The notes below the pieces were generated by a model. That model worked only from the letters and a program-made list of their open reading frames with translations. It searched no databases and was not told the origin of the DNA. Position numbers and translations under genes: made by a program. Positions 23,343 through 36,700 of a stretch of 64,000 nucleotides of DNA are shown piece after piece. Source of the DNA: Salisapilia sapeloensis CBS 127946 (taxonomy: Eukaryota; Protista; Oomycota). Numbering within the stretch: the first letter of the stretch is position 1; each line of letters begins with the position of its first letter. The DNA is taken from the NCBI GenBank assembly GCA_023334545.1, contig JAADVB010000019.1, positions 62,001 through 126,000 of the forward strand, in the 5' to 3' direction.

Positions 23343-24962
23343 ATGGCGGCTCTCCTTCGTCTTCGGCGGTCTGCCTTGCGCTCTCCTGCGGCCTTTGTGT
23401 CTTGGAAGAGCAATGTGCGTGCATTATCTGATACGCCTATTTCATCAACGGTTCAATCACCGACGGAAGCATCCGTGGATGGTGAGAAGTGGATTAAATT
23501 GATGCAAACGACGTCGAAACTCGAAGCCTCGACGCTTTTGCCGCTGAATGAAAAGTTACTAGGACCTCTAGATCGTAAGAATAAGGAAGAGAAACTACCG
23601 TCTTTGCCTTTTGTCTTTCTACTCGGCAATCACTCGAGTGGAAAGTCTACGTTCATTAATTATCTCCTCGACCGGGAGATCCAGAATACAGGTGTCGCGC
23701 CGACGGACGATGGTTTTACCATCATTGCCCCTGGAAGCGCTGACTTAGACCAGGACGGTCCAGCTCTTGTTGGAGACCCCGATCTTGGCTTTACAGGCCT
23801 ACGATCGTACGGTCCAGCGCTCATCCAACGGACGCAGCTTAAAGTTCGGAATGGCATCAAGTCTAACTTTATGCTAGTGGACTCTCCTGGTATGATCGAC
23901 AGTCCTCAGCGATTGACACCCCCTCACGCAGCCATTAGTGACTCGTACAGCTCCAAATTGAATGCTGGTCATCAATATCGTAGCAACGACAGCTCTTCCG
24001 ACCGAGGGTATGAATTCCCAGAAGTCGTGCGGTGGTATGCGGAACGTGCAGATGTGATCCTCTTGTTCTTTGATCCGGATAAACCAGGTACTACAGGAGA
24101 GACCTTGTCCATTCTCACGCGTTCTCTCGTCGGGATGGACCATAAGCTCCACATTGTCCTGAACAAGGTAGACCAGTTCCAGAAACTACACGACTTTGCT
24201 CGAGCCTACGGATCGTTGTGCTGGAACCTGTCGAAAGTAATTCCACTCAAAGACTTGCCACGTATCTACACTATGTGCATTCCTCAAGCGTCCAATTCGA
24301 CGCCTTCGTGGGGTAGCAGTGGAGGCATGAATGCAGCTAGTATGAAAGACTTAGATGTGATGCGAGAAGAGTTGGTGAGTGAGGTCCAGCGAGCACCTGA
24401 ACGTCGTGTCGACAATCTAATCACGAACCTCTACGATGCCACTCGTCTCCTCCACATGCATGCGACTATCTACGAAGACTTACGTACTTCATACGCGAAA
24501 GAAAAGAATCGTCGATACATGTTGTTAGCGTCGACGTTTATCGGTGGTAATGCACTGGCAGCAAGTGGATTGGCGGCAGGGATGGCCATGGAAGTCGCGG
24601 CTGGCGTCTCCTTCACATCCATCCTCTTATCTGGAGCCATGCTGTACCAAAACTCTTCTGCCCTGTCCCAACTACAAAAAGACTTGCTGCATGAAGACTC
24701 TTTGTCGGAAGTCTTTAAGCGTCGGTATGGACGTCAATTAGCCGAAGGAGATGAGTATGCCATGTCCGTGTGGGAACGTGTGAAGCCGTCTCTCCAAGTT
24801 GCGTTCCATACGCTCGGTTTTAACAAGATGCCCAAGGTGAAGAAAGGAGAGATTGACGCCTTGGAAAACATATTGGAGCAGGAGATTCCAGACTTGAGAA
24901 GACGTAGTGCGCCTGAAGACTCGAGCTTAGCCCATCGTGTTGCCAAGATGTTCCGAAACTAG
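23343..24962 (+). CDS. EHD/dynamin-superfamily P-loop NTPase with mitochondrial-type presequence and C-terminal hydrophobic segment
   Basis: G1 GNHSSGKST, G2 GVAPTDD, G3 DSPG, G4 NKVD; Arg/Leu/Ser-rich N-terminus; hydrophobic stretch at 24519-24647; no EH domain seen. Confidence 0.85.
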   Translation: MAALLRLRRSALRSPAAFVSWKSNVRALSDTPISSTVQSPTEASVDGEKWIKLMQTTSKLEASTLLPLNEKLLGPLDRKNKEEKLPSLPFVFLLGNHSSGKSTFINYLLDREIQNTGVAPTDDGFTIIAPGSADLDQDGPALVGDPDLGFTGLRSYGPALIQRTQLKVRNGIKSNFMLVDSPGMIDSPQRLTPPHAAISDSYSSKLNAGHQYRSNDSSSDRGYEFPEVVRWYAERADVILLFFDPDKPGTTGETLSILTRSLVGMDHKLHIVLNKVDQFQKLHDFARAYGSLCWNLSKVIPLKDLPRIYTMCIPQASNSTPSWGSSGGMNAASMKDLDVMREELVSEVQRAPERRVDNLITNLYDATRLLHMHATIYEDLRTSYAKEKNRRYMLLASTFIGGNALAASGLAAGMAMEVAAGVSFTSILLSGAMLYQNSSALSQLQKDLLHEDSLSEVFKRRYGRQLAEGDEYAMSVWERVKPSLQVAFHTLGFNKMPKVKKGEIDALENILEQEIPDLRRRSAPEDSSLAHRVAKMFRN

Positions 24963-25089
24963 AGTGTGATAACAAAGAGTCAGCTTGGACACCTTTAGAG
25001 CATTGCATTGCGTTCTACTAGACGTATCTCCTAGGAGAATTTTATAGGCAGAGCGCATGAAAAGTGGAATCTGAATTTGTAGACAACAT

Positions 25090-26192
25090 CTAATCGTCGA
25101 ATGTGATTTTGGAGCCTTTAAAGTCATGGATGCCAGCATTCTCCTTGGCTTTGAGTGCTTGCTTGGCAGCCCACGACGGATGCAGCTCTTCCGGAGTCTT
25201 CTTCACTTCCTTGACCTCTCTGACCTCCCGTTTCTCTTGTACCTTGCGTTCCTTTGGTCTCGATGACTCTCTACCTCTATGCTCCTCCGGCTTCCGCTTC
25301 TTCGGTCGTTCCGAAGGACCGTACTTGCTCAGGCTGTGATCAGCGAATCGTTTACTCGGATCTCTCGCGGCCTCCTCCCGTCGCATGGCCTTTTGCCGAC
25401 GAGCCATTTGCCCCGGTCGATTCTTCTTCTTCTTTTTCCCGTTTTCGCCTAAAAAGTCTGCAATGTCGTCCTCGTCTTGTGCGGCTGTAGCCTGTCCATT
25501 GGATGACAAAGAGCCGAAGAAGACAGATGATGGAGCATTGGAGCTTCGACCACCGACAAGAGCATCGCGCTTGTTGCCTCGATTCACAGCTCGCTTCTCT
25601 TTTTGCCGTTGTTTCTTTACATCTTCACGTTCTTGGAGCTCAGCAACTTGTTTGATCGCTGCAAGCGTTTCGGATAGAGATCGATGGGCGAGTAGTTTGT
25701 CCATCATCTTGTTTGCGATGCTAGCTTTGTTTTGTTGACTGTCTTCTGTATCTACGGTATCTGGTTTTTCAATCAAGTCAATCTCGCCATCAAATTCTTC
25801 CGAGTCGAACCCGTCATCCTCGGCACGAACGTCTTCATTATCACTTTCATCATCGTCTTGAGAGACGCTTAATCCGGCATCCGAAATGACTTTTGCCGCA
25901 GCATCATGGACGTCAATAGCCTATGTATATGTCAATTTAGGATATAGGCAAAATCAACTATATCAACAATGCAATAGATGGAATAACGTACTTTAAGAGC
26001 AGCTAATTTGTCCTCGAGCTGCTTGGTCTTGGTACTTTCCGCATCGTTGGCTTCCTTTTTAGCCTTTTTCAAGTCTTTCACAACTTCTTGAATAAGAAGA
26101 GACTTGGCTTTTTTAATTTCACGGCTTAAAGCTGTCTTTGCCTTGTGCAATAGCTTCTCTTTAGCAGAATACGGTGCCTTCCGCTTGCTCAT
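25090..26192 (-). CDS. SRFBP1: BUD22/SRFBP1 family ribosome-biogenesis protein (2 exons)
   Basis: Intron 25991-25921; NRPGQMARR and terminal ELHPSWAAK...FKGSKITFDD signature. Confidence 0.85.
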
Positions 26193-26611
26193 ACCTATTC
26201 TTGTGTTTTGTGTCCGAATGGTGCTCCAGTCACTGTCAAACCATCTCCATTTTTATGAATTATTACACTTGGCGTTTATATACAGAAAGCGCAGGTTCTA
26301 CGGTCCGTAGATCTTTAAAAGATGCTAGAAACTTGGACGAATATTGGAAACCTGGTCATCACTTTGCTGGAAGTCTACAGGCCAGGAGTCAGACACTAGT
26401 TGTATGCCGTCGTGCATACATAGAGATGAAGAATGTTTGCTTTTAGGCATCCAGTTTTTCAGCAGTGCCAGCCATTCATGTTAGCTTTCAATTGGCAGAT
26501 CGTCTTCTGGCCTTGTTCATCATTCGATATGCTTTAAATAGATTCCAGTAGCACTTCTTGCACCTTTGGGGCACTTGATCAAAATCATTAAGTAAAGGAC
26601 TTGGCTACGTC

Positions 26612-28012
26612 ATGCGTGGTAATGCGAAGGCACAACATGCTGGCAAGGACATTGCTTCGAACCACAAGCTGTCCTTGCCATCCCAGGAACTTGACCGTAT
26701 GAAAGCTCAAGCTGTGATTATGTCGGACGATGACATTGCTCGGATGAAACAAGAAAAGGAAGCAGAGTTCGCTAGAACGCGATATGCTTCCCAGCAACGA
26801 AAGGAACAAATGATGAAGAAAGAGTTGGAAGTACGAGCGCATCGGGAGCAGCTTGCGCTGGAAATGGAACTAGAGGCAGTGAAGAATGCGCCTTTGACGG
26901 AAGAAGACATGCTTCGTAGTCAAAGTCTTGATCCCGTTCGTCGGATCAATGGTTTGGCTCTCCAAGCAAGAGGATATCAACTCTGTGATAAACTGCATGA
27001 CGCCCAAGAGAATAAAAAGGAATTTGAAACCAATTACAATCGCCGGATTAATCGTAACATGGAGCGAGATCGAGTACAGGAGTTAGACGATCGTAGAGCA
27101 CAACGAGAAGCTGATCGCAATAAGCGTATAGAAGCGAGAAAAATGCTGGAAGAGCAAATCGCTGAACGAGAGAAGAAGAAGATTTGGGCGGAAGAAGCCA
27201 AGTCGATTGAAGCTCAGAAGATTGTCGCCAAGTATAAAAAGTATGAAGAAGAGGAGGAGGACAAACATCGGAAACAGCAAGAGCATAAAAGATGGGTGGC
27301 CGGTGAGATTATGAAGACGAATGCCACAATGGAGCAGATGAAACAGGAAGCTCGAGAGCGTGAAAAGTATGAGGATAGAGTAGCTGCAGCTTATCTGAAG
27401 AAGAAAGCAATGGCCGAAGAAGCAAAGTTACAGGAGGAACTTCGTATCAAGAAAGCCCAAGAGATACGAACGGCAAAGTTGAGGGCACAACAAGAGAAGG
27501 CTCAGGACAAACAAGCGATTCAAGATGCTTTCCGTGCGAAACGGGCATTCGAAGACCGTGAGAAGCAAGCTCGGGAGAAGGAGAAGAAAGAGAAGGAGGA
27601 TCAGAAAGCGATGTGGCAAAAGATTCTCAAGGAGAGGGAGAAGCAGTCTCAGTTCAAGGCAGAAGCGAGGTTGCATGAGCAGAGGCAGTTGGAAGTCATT
27701 GATAAGATTGGACAGGAAGCTGTGGAAAGCGAGTATGAACGTCGTCGGAGAGAGGAAGAGGAGAAACAGAGACGTAATAGGCAGTATGGGGAGCACGTAA
27801 AACAGCAAATTGAAAGCAATGCAAGTAAACGGGAGAAAGAGAGATTGTTTGCTGCGAACGAAGGCAAATTTGAGAAGAAGAATCAACTAAAGGAAGCTAT
27901 CATTGTGGAGAAGGTGAGGCAACAAGCGCTAGCAAAGCTGAAGAAAGAAGGCGTATCGAAAGGCTATTTGCGAGAGTTGGAACGGATGAAAGTGACACAT
28001 CCGAATCAATAG
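26612..28012 (+). CDS. CFAP45: Cilia- and flagella-associated protein 45 (TPH-domain coiled coil)
   Basis: Long E/K/R/Q coiled coil; AKLRAQQEKAQDKQAIQDAFRAKR matches the CFAP45 signature as I recall it; 5' end may include an unseen exon. Confidence 0.75.
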   Translation: MRGNAKAQHAGKDIASNHKLSLPSQELDRMKAQAVIMSDDDIARMKQEKEAEFARTRYASQQRKEQMMKKELEVRAHREQLALEMELEAVKNAPLTEEDMLRSQSLDPVRRINGLALQARGYQLCDKLHDAQENKKEFETNYNRRINRNMERDRVQELDDRRAQREADRNKRIEARKMLEEQIAEREKKKIWAEEAKSIEAQKIVAKYKKYEEEEEDKHRKQQEHKRWVAGEIMKTNATMEQMKQEAREREKYEDRVAAAYLKKKAMAEEAKLQEELRIKKAQEIRTAKLRAQQEKAQDKQAIQDAFRAKRAFEDREKQAREKEKKEKEDQKAMWQKILKEREKQSQFKAEARLHEQRQLEVIDKIGQEAVESEYERRRREEEEKQRRNRQYGEHVKQQIESNASKREKERLFAANEGKFEKKNQLKEAIIVEKVRQQALAKLKKEGVSKGYLRELERMKVTHPNQ

Positions 28013-28154
28013 ATGAGATAGACTTTGACGCTTGGAACGGATAAGTTGATGAAATTTAGCTATTCATATTTTTCCTAAAATAGGCATTATTGCTCTTGAT
28101 CAGAGGTAGAGTTCCATTCGTCGTGTACTTGGTAGTAAGTTAAATCTCGTGCGC

Positions 28155-28943
28155 ATGGCTGGACAGGTACAAGATAAGAGGAAAGAAAAGGAATATGCAT
28201 ATGCATCAAGCCTCGTCCAACTCTACTTTCGGATGCTGACTACCGGTTGTCGAGATGTCACTTCGACGTCAAGTCAAGTCGAGGCACCATGCACGAGTCC
28301 GTACTGTGTCGGCAGTGGCATCACCGTCCCATATCCACCAGCCGATGCTGCCATTAAAAGCATTTACATGGCCACACAAGACCCTGTGCCCATTTGCGAG
28401 AGGCTTCTAGAACATCATCAGCTCGACGTACAGCCTTCTACCGACACCGCAGCGTTGACGGAAACCTATAGCGATCTTGTCGAACAAGAGACCAATATGT
28501 ATAATCCTCAGGTTGATAAAGTAGCTGGTACGAAAGCTCAAGAAGATGTCCAACAGCAAGAGGTCCATGAAGATGTCCCGGAAGTGGATGTAGAAGTAGC
28601 AAAAGACAACTCGGCGGATGTGGTAACCGACAGCAATAACCTACCTGAGCCTCCGTTACTCCAATTAAATGAAAACCAAAATGAAGAACAACAGACTTCT
28701 ACTCCTCGACGACGTATCTCCGTAGCAAAGACACTTGACGATACGATCAACCCCGTTGCGACATCATCAGACCAACTTCTTGACGTGAGTACGAACGAAG
28801 CAAAGAGCACATCTTTAATCCCGAGTAAATCCAAAGGCCGTAATACGTCCATGTCGATAAAAGACAGAGGCATGAGTCTGCTGAAGAAGAAGCTTTTACA
28901 AGCACTCGGAAGATCTAGTTCGAAACCTTCTACGCACAAGTAG
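28155..28943 (+). CDS. Hypothetical disordered protein
   Basis: Open frame of about 260 aa, acidic middle and basic C-terminus; start and exon structure uncertain. Confidence 0.5.
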   Translation: MAGQVQDKRKEKEYAYASSLVQLYFRMLTTGCRDVTSTSSQVEAPCTSPYCVGSGITVPYPPADAAIKSIYMATQDPVPICERLLEHHQLDVQPSTDTAALTETYSDLVEQETNMYNPQVDKVAGTKAQEDVQQQEVHEDVPEVDVEVAKDNSADVVTDSNNLPEPPLLQLNENQNEEQQTSTPRRRISVAKTLDDTINPVATSSDQLLDVSTNEAKSTSLIPSKSKGRNTSMSIKDRGMSLLKKKLLQALGRSSSKPSTHK

Positions 28944-28991
28944 ATAAAAAGCAAAGAAAGTATATTGACCATTGACACTCCTTTTGCATAC

Positions 28992-30227
28992 TTAAAGTCC
29001 TTGTAAAGGCATGTCATCCACTGGCATGCCATTGTCCCGATGCCCATCGTTTCCTCCTGGCTGCCATGCTGGAACGAGGGACATGACGAAGGATCCGAAG
29101 AAGTACTTGACATCCTGTACAAATCCAGTACGTTCATTATTGACCTCCAAGATCGCCGAGACGTTCAGTCCGTTGCTAATGGCATTTGGAACAACGTTGG
29201 GTGCTGCCTCTTGCTGCGGTTCAACCTGTCGTCCATGTCGTCGCATGAAAATCTCGTAGAGTTTTGCTAATATGCCAGTAATATGGAGATAGGAAATGAA
29301 GCTGATGGTGATGAGGACTAAGAGACCGTCCCATGGTGTGTCCTGACCAATAAGGAAGAGCATGAATCCCATTTTAACGAGCAGACGCAAGTCAAAGAGA
29401 GGTACGACATGCTGTTGAAGCTCTCCCATGAGCGTCTGTTGGCCTGGAGGCGGAGGAGTATTGTTATTATTGGGAGTATTGGCAGCAGGATGAGGCGGTG
29501 GTGCAACGTTTGCAGGTATAGGAGGAACACGCGTCTGTCCATTTTGCTCTAGATGTGCTTGGAGCTGTTGGAGGTACTGGAGTTGCGTTAATAGCATCAT
29601 TTGCTGCTGCAATAACATTTGGTACTGCATCCAGTCGGGCATACCGGACGCTGCGACCATCCCTGGCATGCTCATGGGCATCATTTGCGGTTGGAATGCT
29701 GGAGATGGGGCAGCAGCTGACGTTTCAGGAGCTGGAGGCTGAACAGGAGTGGGATTTGTGGGTTCAGGAGCTGGAGCTGGAGGCTCTGGTGTGGACGACG
29801 GAGGTTCTGGATCTGCTAGAGAAGGTTCAGGTGTTTCATTCGTGACTGAACGCAATGTGGAAGGTATGAGGAGATGTAGCACGACGGACGGAACGTCGCT
29901 ATCCTCGGATTTTGCTTCTGTCTCGCCATTTGGATGGTGCTATAGTACATCAAACATTATAAAGGTGAGTGTAAACGCTCATGTACTTGCCAGCATTGGA
30001 ACATGAGGAATAGAAAGACCTACGAGCTTGAGCACGTCGCCGAGTTTGTCCGTTTCAGGCAACACGCGTCCGCCAAAGATGAGTTTCTGGTCTTTTGAGG
30101 CTGGATTTCCTGGAAATTCTTGCTGAATACTGCTCTTAAGATCCTGAATGGTCGATTCCGGATCTACTGTAAATGACGTCGATTGCGATGGCGCATACAC
30201 GCTCCGAACGAGTACCTGCAGTGGCAT
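28992..30227 (-). CDS. HERP/Usa1-like ubiquitin-like-domain membrane protein (ERAD), 2 exons
   Basis: N-terminal UBL (TIQDLK...QKLIFGGRVL), intron 30023-29940, Pro- and Gln-rich linker, hydrophobic helices (LLVKMGFMLFL; LLVLITISFISYLHITG), FFGSFVMSLVPAW. Confidence 0.8.
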
Positions 30228-30781
30228 CTTCTACCTCTGAAGTATTTCTTTCAGTGTGTTTGTATGGGTACGTGGCGGGTGGGAGTTAGCTCGTGGTTTA
30301 ATGTAAAAAGTACGTTTTACGCGGTCGTCACTGGATCTTTACCTTTGACCCATCTGGCTCGTTTGAATTTTTATGACATGCCTTGCTAGACACTGTGTGG
30401 CGTACCGAAGAGTATCGAACCTCGATCTCCTCTTGTCGCACCTGCCTTATTATCCTCGACGATAGCTTTTCTCCAAATATCCTTGGAAACAAGATAGTTT
30501 CCCTCCTACAAAGCACACACACATTACTTTCCTTGTCCTCTACCATCTTTCCTACGCCTTTGGTCTTCAACTTAGGGCAAGCATCTAACCTACAATTGTC
30601 GCGTCCGTCTAGTACTTGCCCAGCTGATCTGCCTGGCATACTCTATCCAAGTCACTTCCTTGCTGAAAATTTAAACACTCCGTCCAGACGAAAAAAAGAC
30701 ACATCCCGAAAAAACGAGTCGGAGAGCGGTCACCGCTTTCGTCTCGCCGGAGCGAGCTAACTGACAAGTACACGAGCAAGC

Positions 30782-33700
30782 ATGGTCAAGGGCCTACGTG
30801 CTTCTCTTTCGAAGGAGTCGCCGCCGACGCTCCGACGGCGGTTATCGCCAGGCACGTCAGGTGACACGGCGCCGCCGCCGCCGTTATCGAGCAGCGCGTC
30901 GAATGGTGGGAAAGTCGTCATGGGCATCTCGGCTTCTGCAGGCGAGGCCGTGGAAGATTGGAGCGCCGACTTTGAAGACGATGGACATGAAGCGCCCATC
31001 GGTACGTACACTCCCATGAATATAAATTTTGATGAAAGTTTCATGCTGGCGGATGGTCTGCCGGATCTCCCGTTTCTCCTTCTGTCGATCATCATTTGAA
31101 TTATTTATTAATTTGTATCGACTATTCATGCTAGTTGGTCAGTTTATGGACAATGGGACGGATGAACGAGGACTCCGGGCCGAATCAGACGATGCAGACA
31201 TGTTCCAGCCGTGCGTCAGGTATACAAGGCGGCCGAGCGGAAGTAGCGGCAGCGAACTCGCGCTGTCGCCACCGCCGGCACCGTCCAATGAGAAAAGTAC
31301 AGACAAAGTTGGGAGCGATCGGAGCTCCCATCGGTCTGTCCGAGACATCTTCTCGTCGCCGCAGCCGGATACGCGTGTGAATCTACGGAACTCGATGTTA
31401 CTCCAGGCGAGCTCTGGCGTGGAAGATGATAGTGAAGAAGAGAACTGGGACGCCGAGTTTGGCGTGAACTTTGAGGACGACGAAGAGGACGAGGAAGATC
31501 CGACTTGTATGACGTACCCGACGCTCGCAGCTGCCAAGTCCCGTCGAAAGGACTTCAACGCGATGCGACAGACTGTAAGGGATCTTCTGGAAGACGACGA
31601 GATCCAGGACGATGAACAGTCCGGCAGCCATGCCCACTCGAGCCTATCGCCTCGCCATCGCAACCGCAAGTCGTCCGATGAACAGCTCTTCCAGCGCCAA
31701 CGCCCGTCGTCCTTTGACGACGACGCGAGCAGGGACTGCGAGAGCAGCGTAACGTCTTTCACCGGTAACAACCACTTTACTGAGCCCAAGGCACCGAGTC
31801 CGTTAGTCGAGTGCGCTCTCGCAGACAAGTACAGATTGATCGACACGGCTAGCTCATCTGCATATGCCGTCCGGATCGAACGATACCCGAAAGTCTGCTC
31901 TTCCTACAGCCACTTGGAGACATTGCCTGGTTACTCTGTCTTCACCGAGAATAGTTTTGAGAACTTTTTACATACGCTCGCACGGAAAGATGCACAGAAA
32001 GTGGCAGACGCGTTAGAGAAAGATCGAGCGAAACTAGGGAATGTCCAGTTACAAAAAGCCAAGCGGTTCCAGTCGCTCGTGTCGGAGCCCTTTGGCCCGA
32101 CTTTTGTACGCAACTACTTTCAGCAAGTGTCTATCTATCGATTCTTTAGTGAAAACGAGAGTAACGAGGAGCTTGTGCGCTTGTTCTTTGACAAAGTATC
32201 GACCGTTGCGATGGCATCGGATCCATTGTCGACGCAAATGTCGTTGGAAGACTACAAGATGGTGGCAGGGTATACGCTGGAGCTTTTGCAAGAAGCTGGA
32301 CGTATGTTTGGTCCTTTTTGCCATCGAAGAGTTCCTCGAGACGAAAAGGAGAGGAAGGAAGGACGTATTCGTGTCCGTCAGTTCCAGTACAGTCTTCGAG
32401 AGTGCTCCAAGGCGTTTCCAGAGTATGCAGATGCGATTGCATTGGTCGAACTGCGATACGTCGTGCATCATCTATCGACATTTGAAGAGAGTGAATTGAC
32501 GTATACGTGGCAAGTCTGTTCGTCCTACTCTTCTCTTGGTCTCTTTGACGAAGAAGAGTTGTCGATGGAGGCATTGGAACGCTATGCAGCCTTGTTCTCC
32601 CAGTTGACACGTCGTTGTGATCGAGAGAATCGACCGGAGACATCGACGTGGAAGTTTGCGCTAACGAACGATCCGTTCTGTCTACGAGCTCTGCTGCTTA
32701 GTGACATTCAGAGGTTGTATCAGAGCGTTAGTGCCTTGTCGGGAGAACCTGTTTCCGACACGAGCGAGTACTTTGAAGTCGATGACGACCAGGAGCAGGC
32801 ATCTCCACAGGACTTTACTCAAGTACGTGTATGGCGCAGTGCCGACCGCGTCCGCTCGCTCGTCAAGCTTCCATCCTTCGCTCGACGTAGCGCTCTCACG
32901 TCGTTCTACGACGACATCTCGGCCGAAGCGTATCCGCTCATCAAGGCACGTGTCGCCCTGAGCCTCTGCACGTTGCATCGTACGTCTCCTGGCTTTCAGA
33001 GCCTGCGCACGGCCGAAGCATTAGCCTATGACGCCGTTCGACTGCTGCACAAGTACACGCAAGACGAGGACGTGTCGTCCCATACGCTTTGTATCGCCGA
33101 AGGTCTCTTATCAGAGCTCGGTCGAGAGGCGTTGGAAGCACTTGGGAATCTTCTTGTGCAGAATGAAAAGTATCGATACGGTGTCCTGTGTCTCGAAGCA
33201 GCTTCTCGCGTATACTCTTTCCTGCATCAAGGAAGTGATTACTACCAATTGAATCGAGAGTTATGCGCGATCACAGTTTACGCTGATGATGTCGATCGAG
33301 CTCTTCCTCTCCATGAAAAAGAAGCAGCTTCTGCTCAGCTCCAAGGGAAGACGACAGAATTTGTCTACTTGGTGTCGACGTTAACGAAGCTATGGGTACA
33401 GAATGGAGACTTTGCCAAGGCAGAAGATAATCTGTTGCAAGCGTTTGGGTACTTGCGAGAACAAGTCGCGACGCTCCCTCCATTCTACAGCTCATCTCCG
33501 CGTCAAGTGCGTCGATCAGGTAGTGAAGCCGCGTCGTCTGTACGTAGTAGTACGATGCTCACGACGACCTCGTCATCTGCGTCATCTTCCATGTCCGGGA
33601 GCTTCATGTCGAGACATTCGAACTGTAGTGAGTCGGATTCGATGCTCAAGTACGACTTGGATCTACATCTGCAGCTACGACAAGTGTACAAGACTAGCGG

Positions 33701-36700
33701 TCGAGTGTTAGAAGGAGCGAAAGTGTTGGATTACGTCCTTCACTACACTTCCCGTCTACCACGAGGTAAACGGACTGAGCTTCGTATGCTACTGGCAGAG
33801 GATTGTGTCAAGCTACGACTACTGGATAGTACCCAGACGCTGTTAGATATGATGGATAAGGACGCACGACAGAGTGATCCGACGTCTTCCATCGTCAGCA
33901 CTGATAGCAACGGGAGTCGAGGTCCATCCGCGACGTCGGAAGCGAGGTATGCTCTCGATATGGTCAGTCGCAAGCGCTATGCGCTCTGTCGCGCGCGCGT
34001 GTGTCTCCACCAGAAAAAGTTTCGTGCGGCCTTTAGCTGGTTGTCGCTCGCCCATGCGCGTGTCCAGTCGGAGAGTCTTCAGGACTGGTCGAAGTTGCGT
34101 TTCTTGGACGGCAAAGTGCTCCTGTCGATGCTCCATGCACAGCAAGAAGGTCGGATCGTGGAGGAGACGATGGACGTGTACACGCTCTTTTCGACTGCAT
34201 CGATGAATCTAGATGAGAAGGAGAAGGAGATGGTGAGTGAGCGACTGCATTCGTTTGATAAAGCGATAGAACGACCAGAGGAGCTCAAGAGACTCGGGAT
34301 GGAGGCGTTTGATGATTCGTTGGAGCAGTCGCAGGCGCTAGATGACGGTCTGCATAAGCTCAAGTCAATTCTGGCGCAAGTGGAGCTCCATCTAGCTCCT
34401 TTAACACCATGCTTCCTCGCCATGGGGAGCTGTTTGGATAAGGAGCGGCTGTCGGAGGCGTTGAAGAGTGTATTCAAGTCGACGGATGGAGGTCAGTTGC
34501 AGCTATCGGATTTGGACGGAGAGGACGATGTGTGTCAAGAGGCGTTCGAGTGCTTGAATCGAGCCATGACACTGCTGCGACGTGCGATGGTGGCGGCAGA
34601 GCAGGTGAGTCTGCCTTCTCTGAGCATGAAAACGCTACTTTTGTGCGCCCAGACATGGTTGTGGATGGAACTCGTTCGTCCGGAAGGCGGGAAAAGAGTC
34701 AAGCAATGTGCTGCGTTCTGGGAAGAAAGCGTCAAGATCCTCAAGAGCGTCTACTTGCGTCGCGTCTGCTTCCAAGAAGACGTGGCAGAGGTCAGTGAGT
34801 CGGGGAGTCACTCGAGATACGTCAATGGGTACACGGAGCACACGCCGTATTCGTTCAGTATGCTTCCTCTCCTCAACTTTAGCCACGGTTTCATCCATCG
34901 TCTGCATAAGAAATCTCTTGCGATGATCGTGCTGTCTGGTCAGCTTCAGGCACTTGCTTCCTCTCCGTCGTACATCCACGACATGGTCCAAGTGCATGCG
35001 GATGAACTTTTGAGTGCCCAACTCTCTCTTTCGTCTATTTTGCATGAACTCGAGTCGTTCCGAGAAGCACATAGCCATCTCTTCCAACCCGTCACGTCTC
35101 TCAAGTCACTCACGACGGATCGACGAGACGCGCCTTCGCACAAGTACTCTGGTAGCTTTGGTAGCAGTCGACAAGCGCCTGCTCGACGTGGACACAAGAA
35201 GAACCAGAGTATGTCGGCGATCTCGGAGATGCTGGCGCCCAAGGCGAGACCCTTCATGGCTGCCCCGTTCGCCATGGATATGCCCAAGCATGATGCCGTC
35301 CCAGTGTCCGTGCGCATGCCTCGCACTGGTCTCGCGACACTGTCGGATCGGACGGAAGCCTCGAGCTTTCGAACTGTCCCATGTGTACGTGAACGCGCCT
35401 TGTCGGAAGCACAGGCCGTCGAGGCATCTGCTGGTGTCCAGGTGATGGACCTCGCAGACTTGCGATTGACGCCGACGCAGCTGCAGGAGCAAGTGCCGAG
35501 TGGCCGCTTTGCTCTGGATGAAGTCCAGAGCGCTCGACTGTGGCATCTCTTTGCCAGTTGGAAGACACAGCGGAAGAACTACTGTCGAGGCAAGACGGAC
35601 TCTGTGCACTTTCGATGGCGGAATCTACGCCAGTTGAGACTCTTGCTAGATGCGTTTGACCCGACGCATGTGGCGGTGACGGATAGCGAGAGTGCAGGCG
35701 ACTTGCCCGTGTTTGACGTTGCGCACTTGAACGGCCATGCGTTGGTGCAACATCCGCGTGGGACGTTTAACATTGCGGAGAACAAGGTCGAGCGCTTTGA
35801 ATGGGATGAAGCGCAGAGTAGTGCGTACTGGATCTCGCACTTTGAGAGCATGAGTGTCGATGCGGATGGCATTGGTGCACCGATTGCACGGACGTTGCAG
35901 AGGCTGAGTGTGTCGACGGTCGTACGAGCACTTGGCGCGTTGTTGACTGAATCGCCCATGGTCGTTGTCGGTGGATCCTTCTGCCGCGTGAAAGAGACGA
36001 CGTTGACGCTGCTGACGCTCTTGAGACCCTTCTTCTGGCAGCATACGACGTACCCTTTTATTCCAGTGTCATGCTGGAAGTCAATGGCTGATGCGATGCG
36101 ACGTGAATCGTCCTTCTTGGTCGGTACGACGACGGAAGCGTGGCGGTGTGCCAAGAAGGAACTAGCTGGCAAGCAGTCTCTTGTCTCCAAGGTGACGGTG
36201 CTCCATCTAGATTCTGTCGAGCCTCTGCGAATAGCCAAGGGAAGCGTCGAGATGCCGAATAAATGGCGCAAGCAGCTTATTAGTCGAATGGAAAAGGCTG
36301 CCAAGGCGAGACGCAAGGCGGATCGTGGACCTCAGACGCTTGTGAAGCAGCTTGGCGTCTTTGCCATGGACATGGGCACTGATGATAAGGATGACTTCAT
36401 GTACACTGGTCGTAGCTCGAGTGTCGATGCCAATAGTCAGCAAGCCTTTAGTGATGCACTGCGGGAGCTGTATACGAAGCTGTTGGATGCTTGTGACAGC
36501 GTGAATCGACGGACGAGGAAGAAGGGTGGACTCAAGAGTCTGTTTGATCCGTCGGTGGATGAGATTGAAGCGTTCGCGTCGGTAGTGCAGACGACGGATA
36601 TGTTTGCGCACTTGACGCGAGATGGGCGGATCATGAAAGGAGAGTATAGCTATGGAGACAGTGTGTCGTCGAGCTCGAGCAAAAGGGTGGAAAGCTCTGG

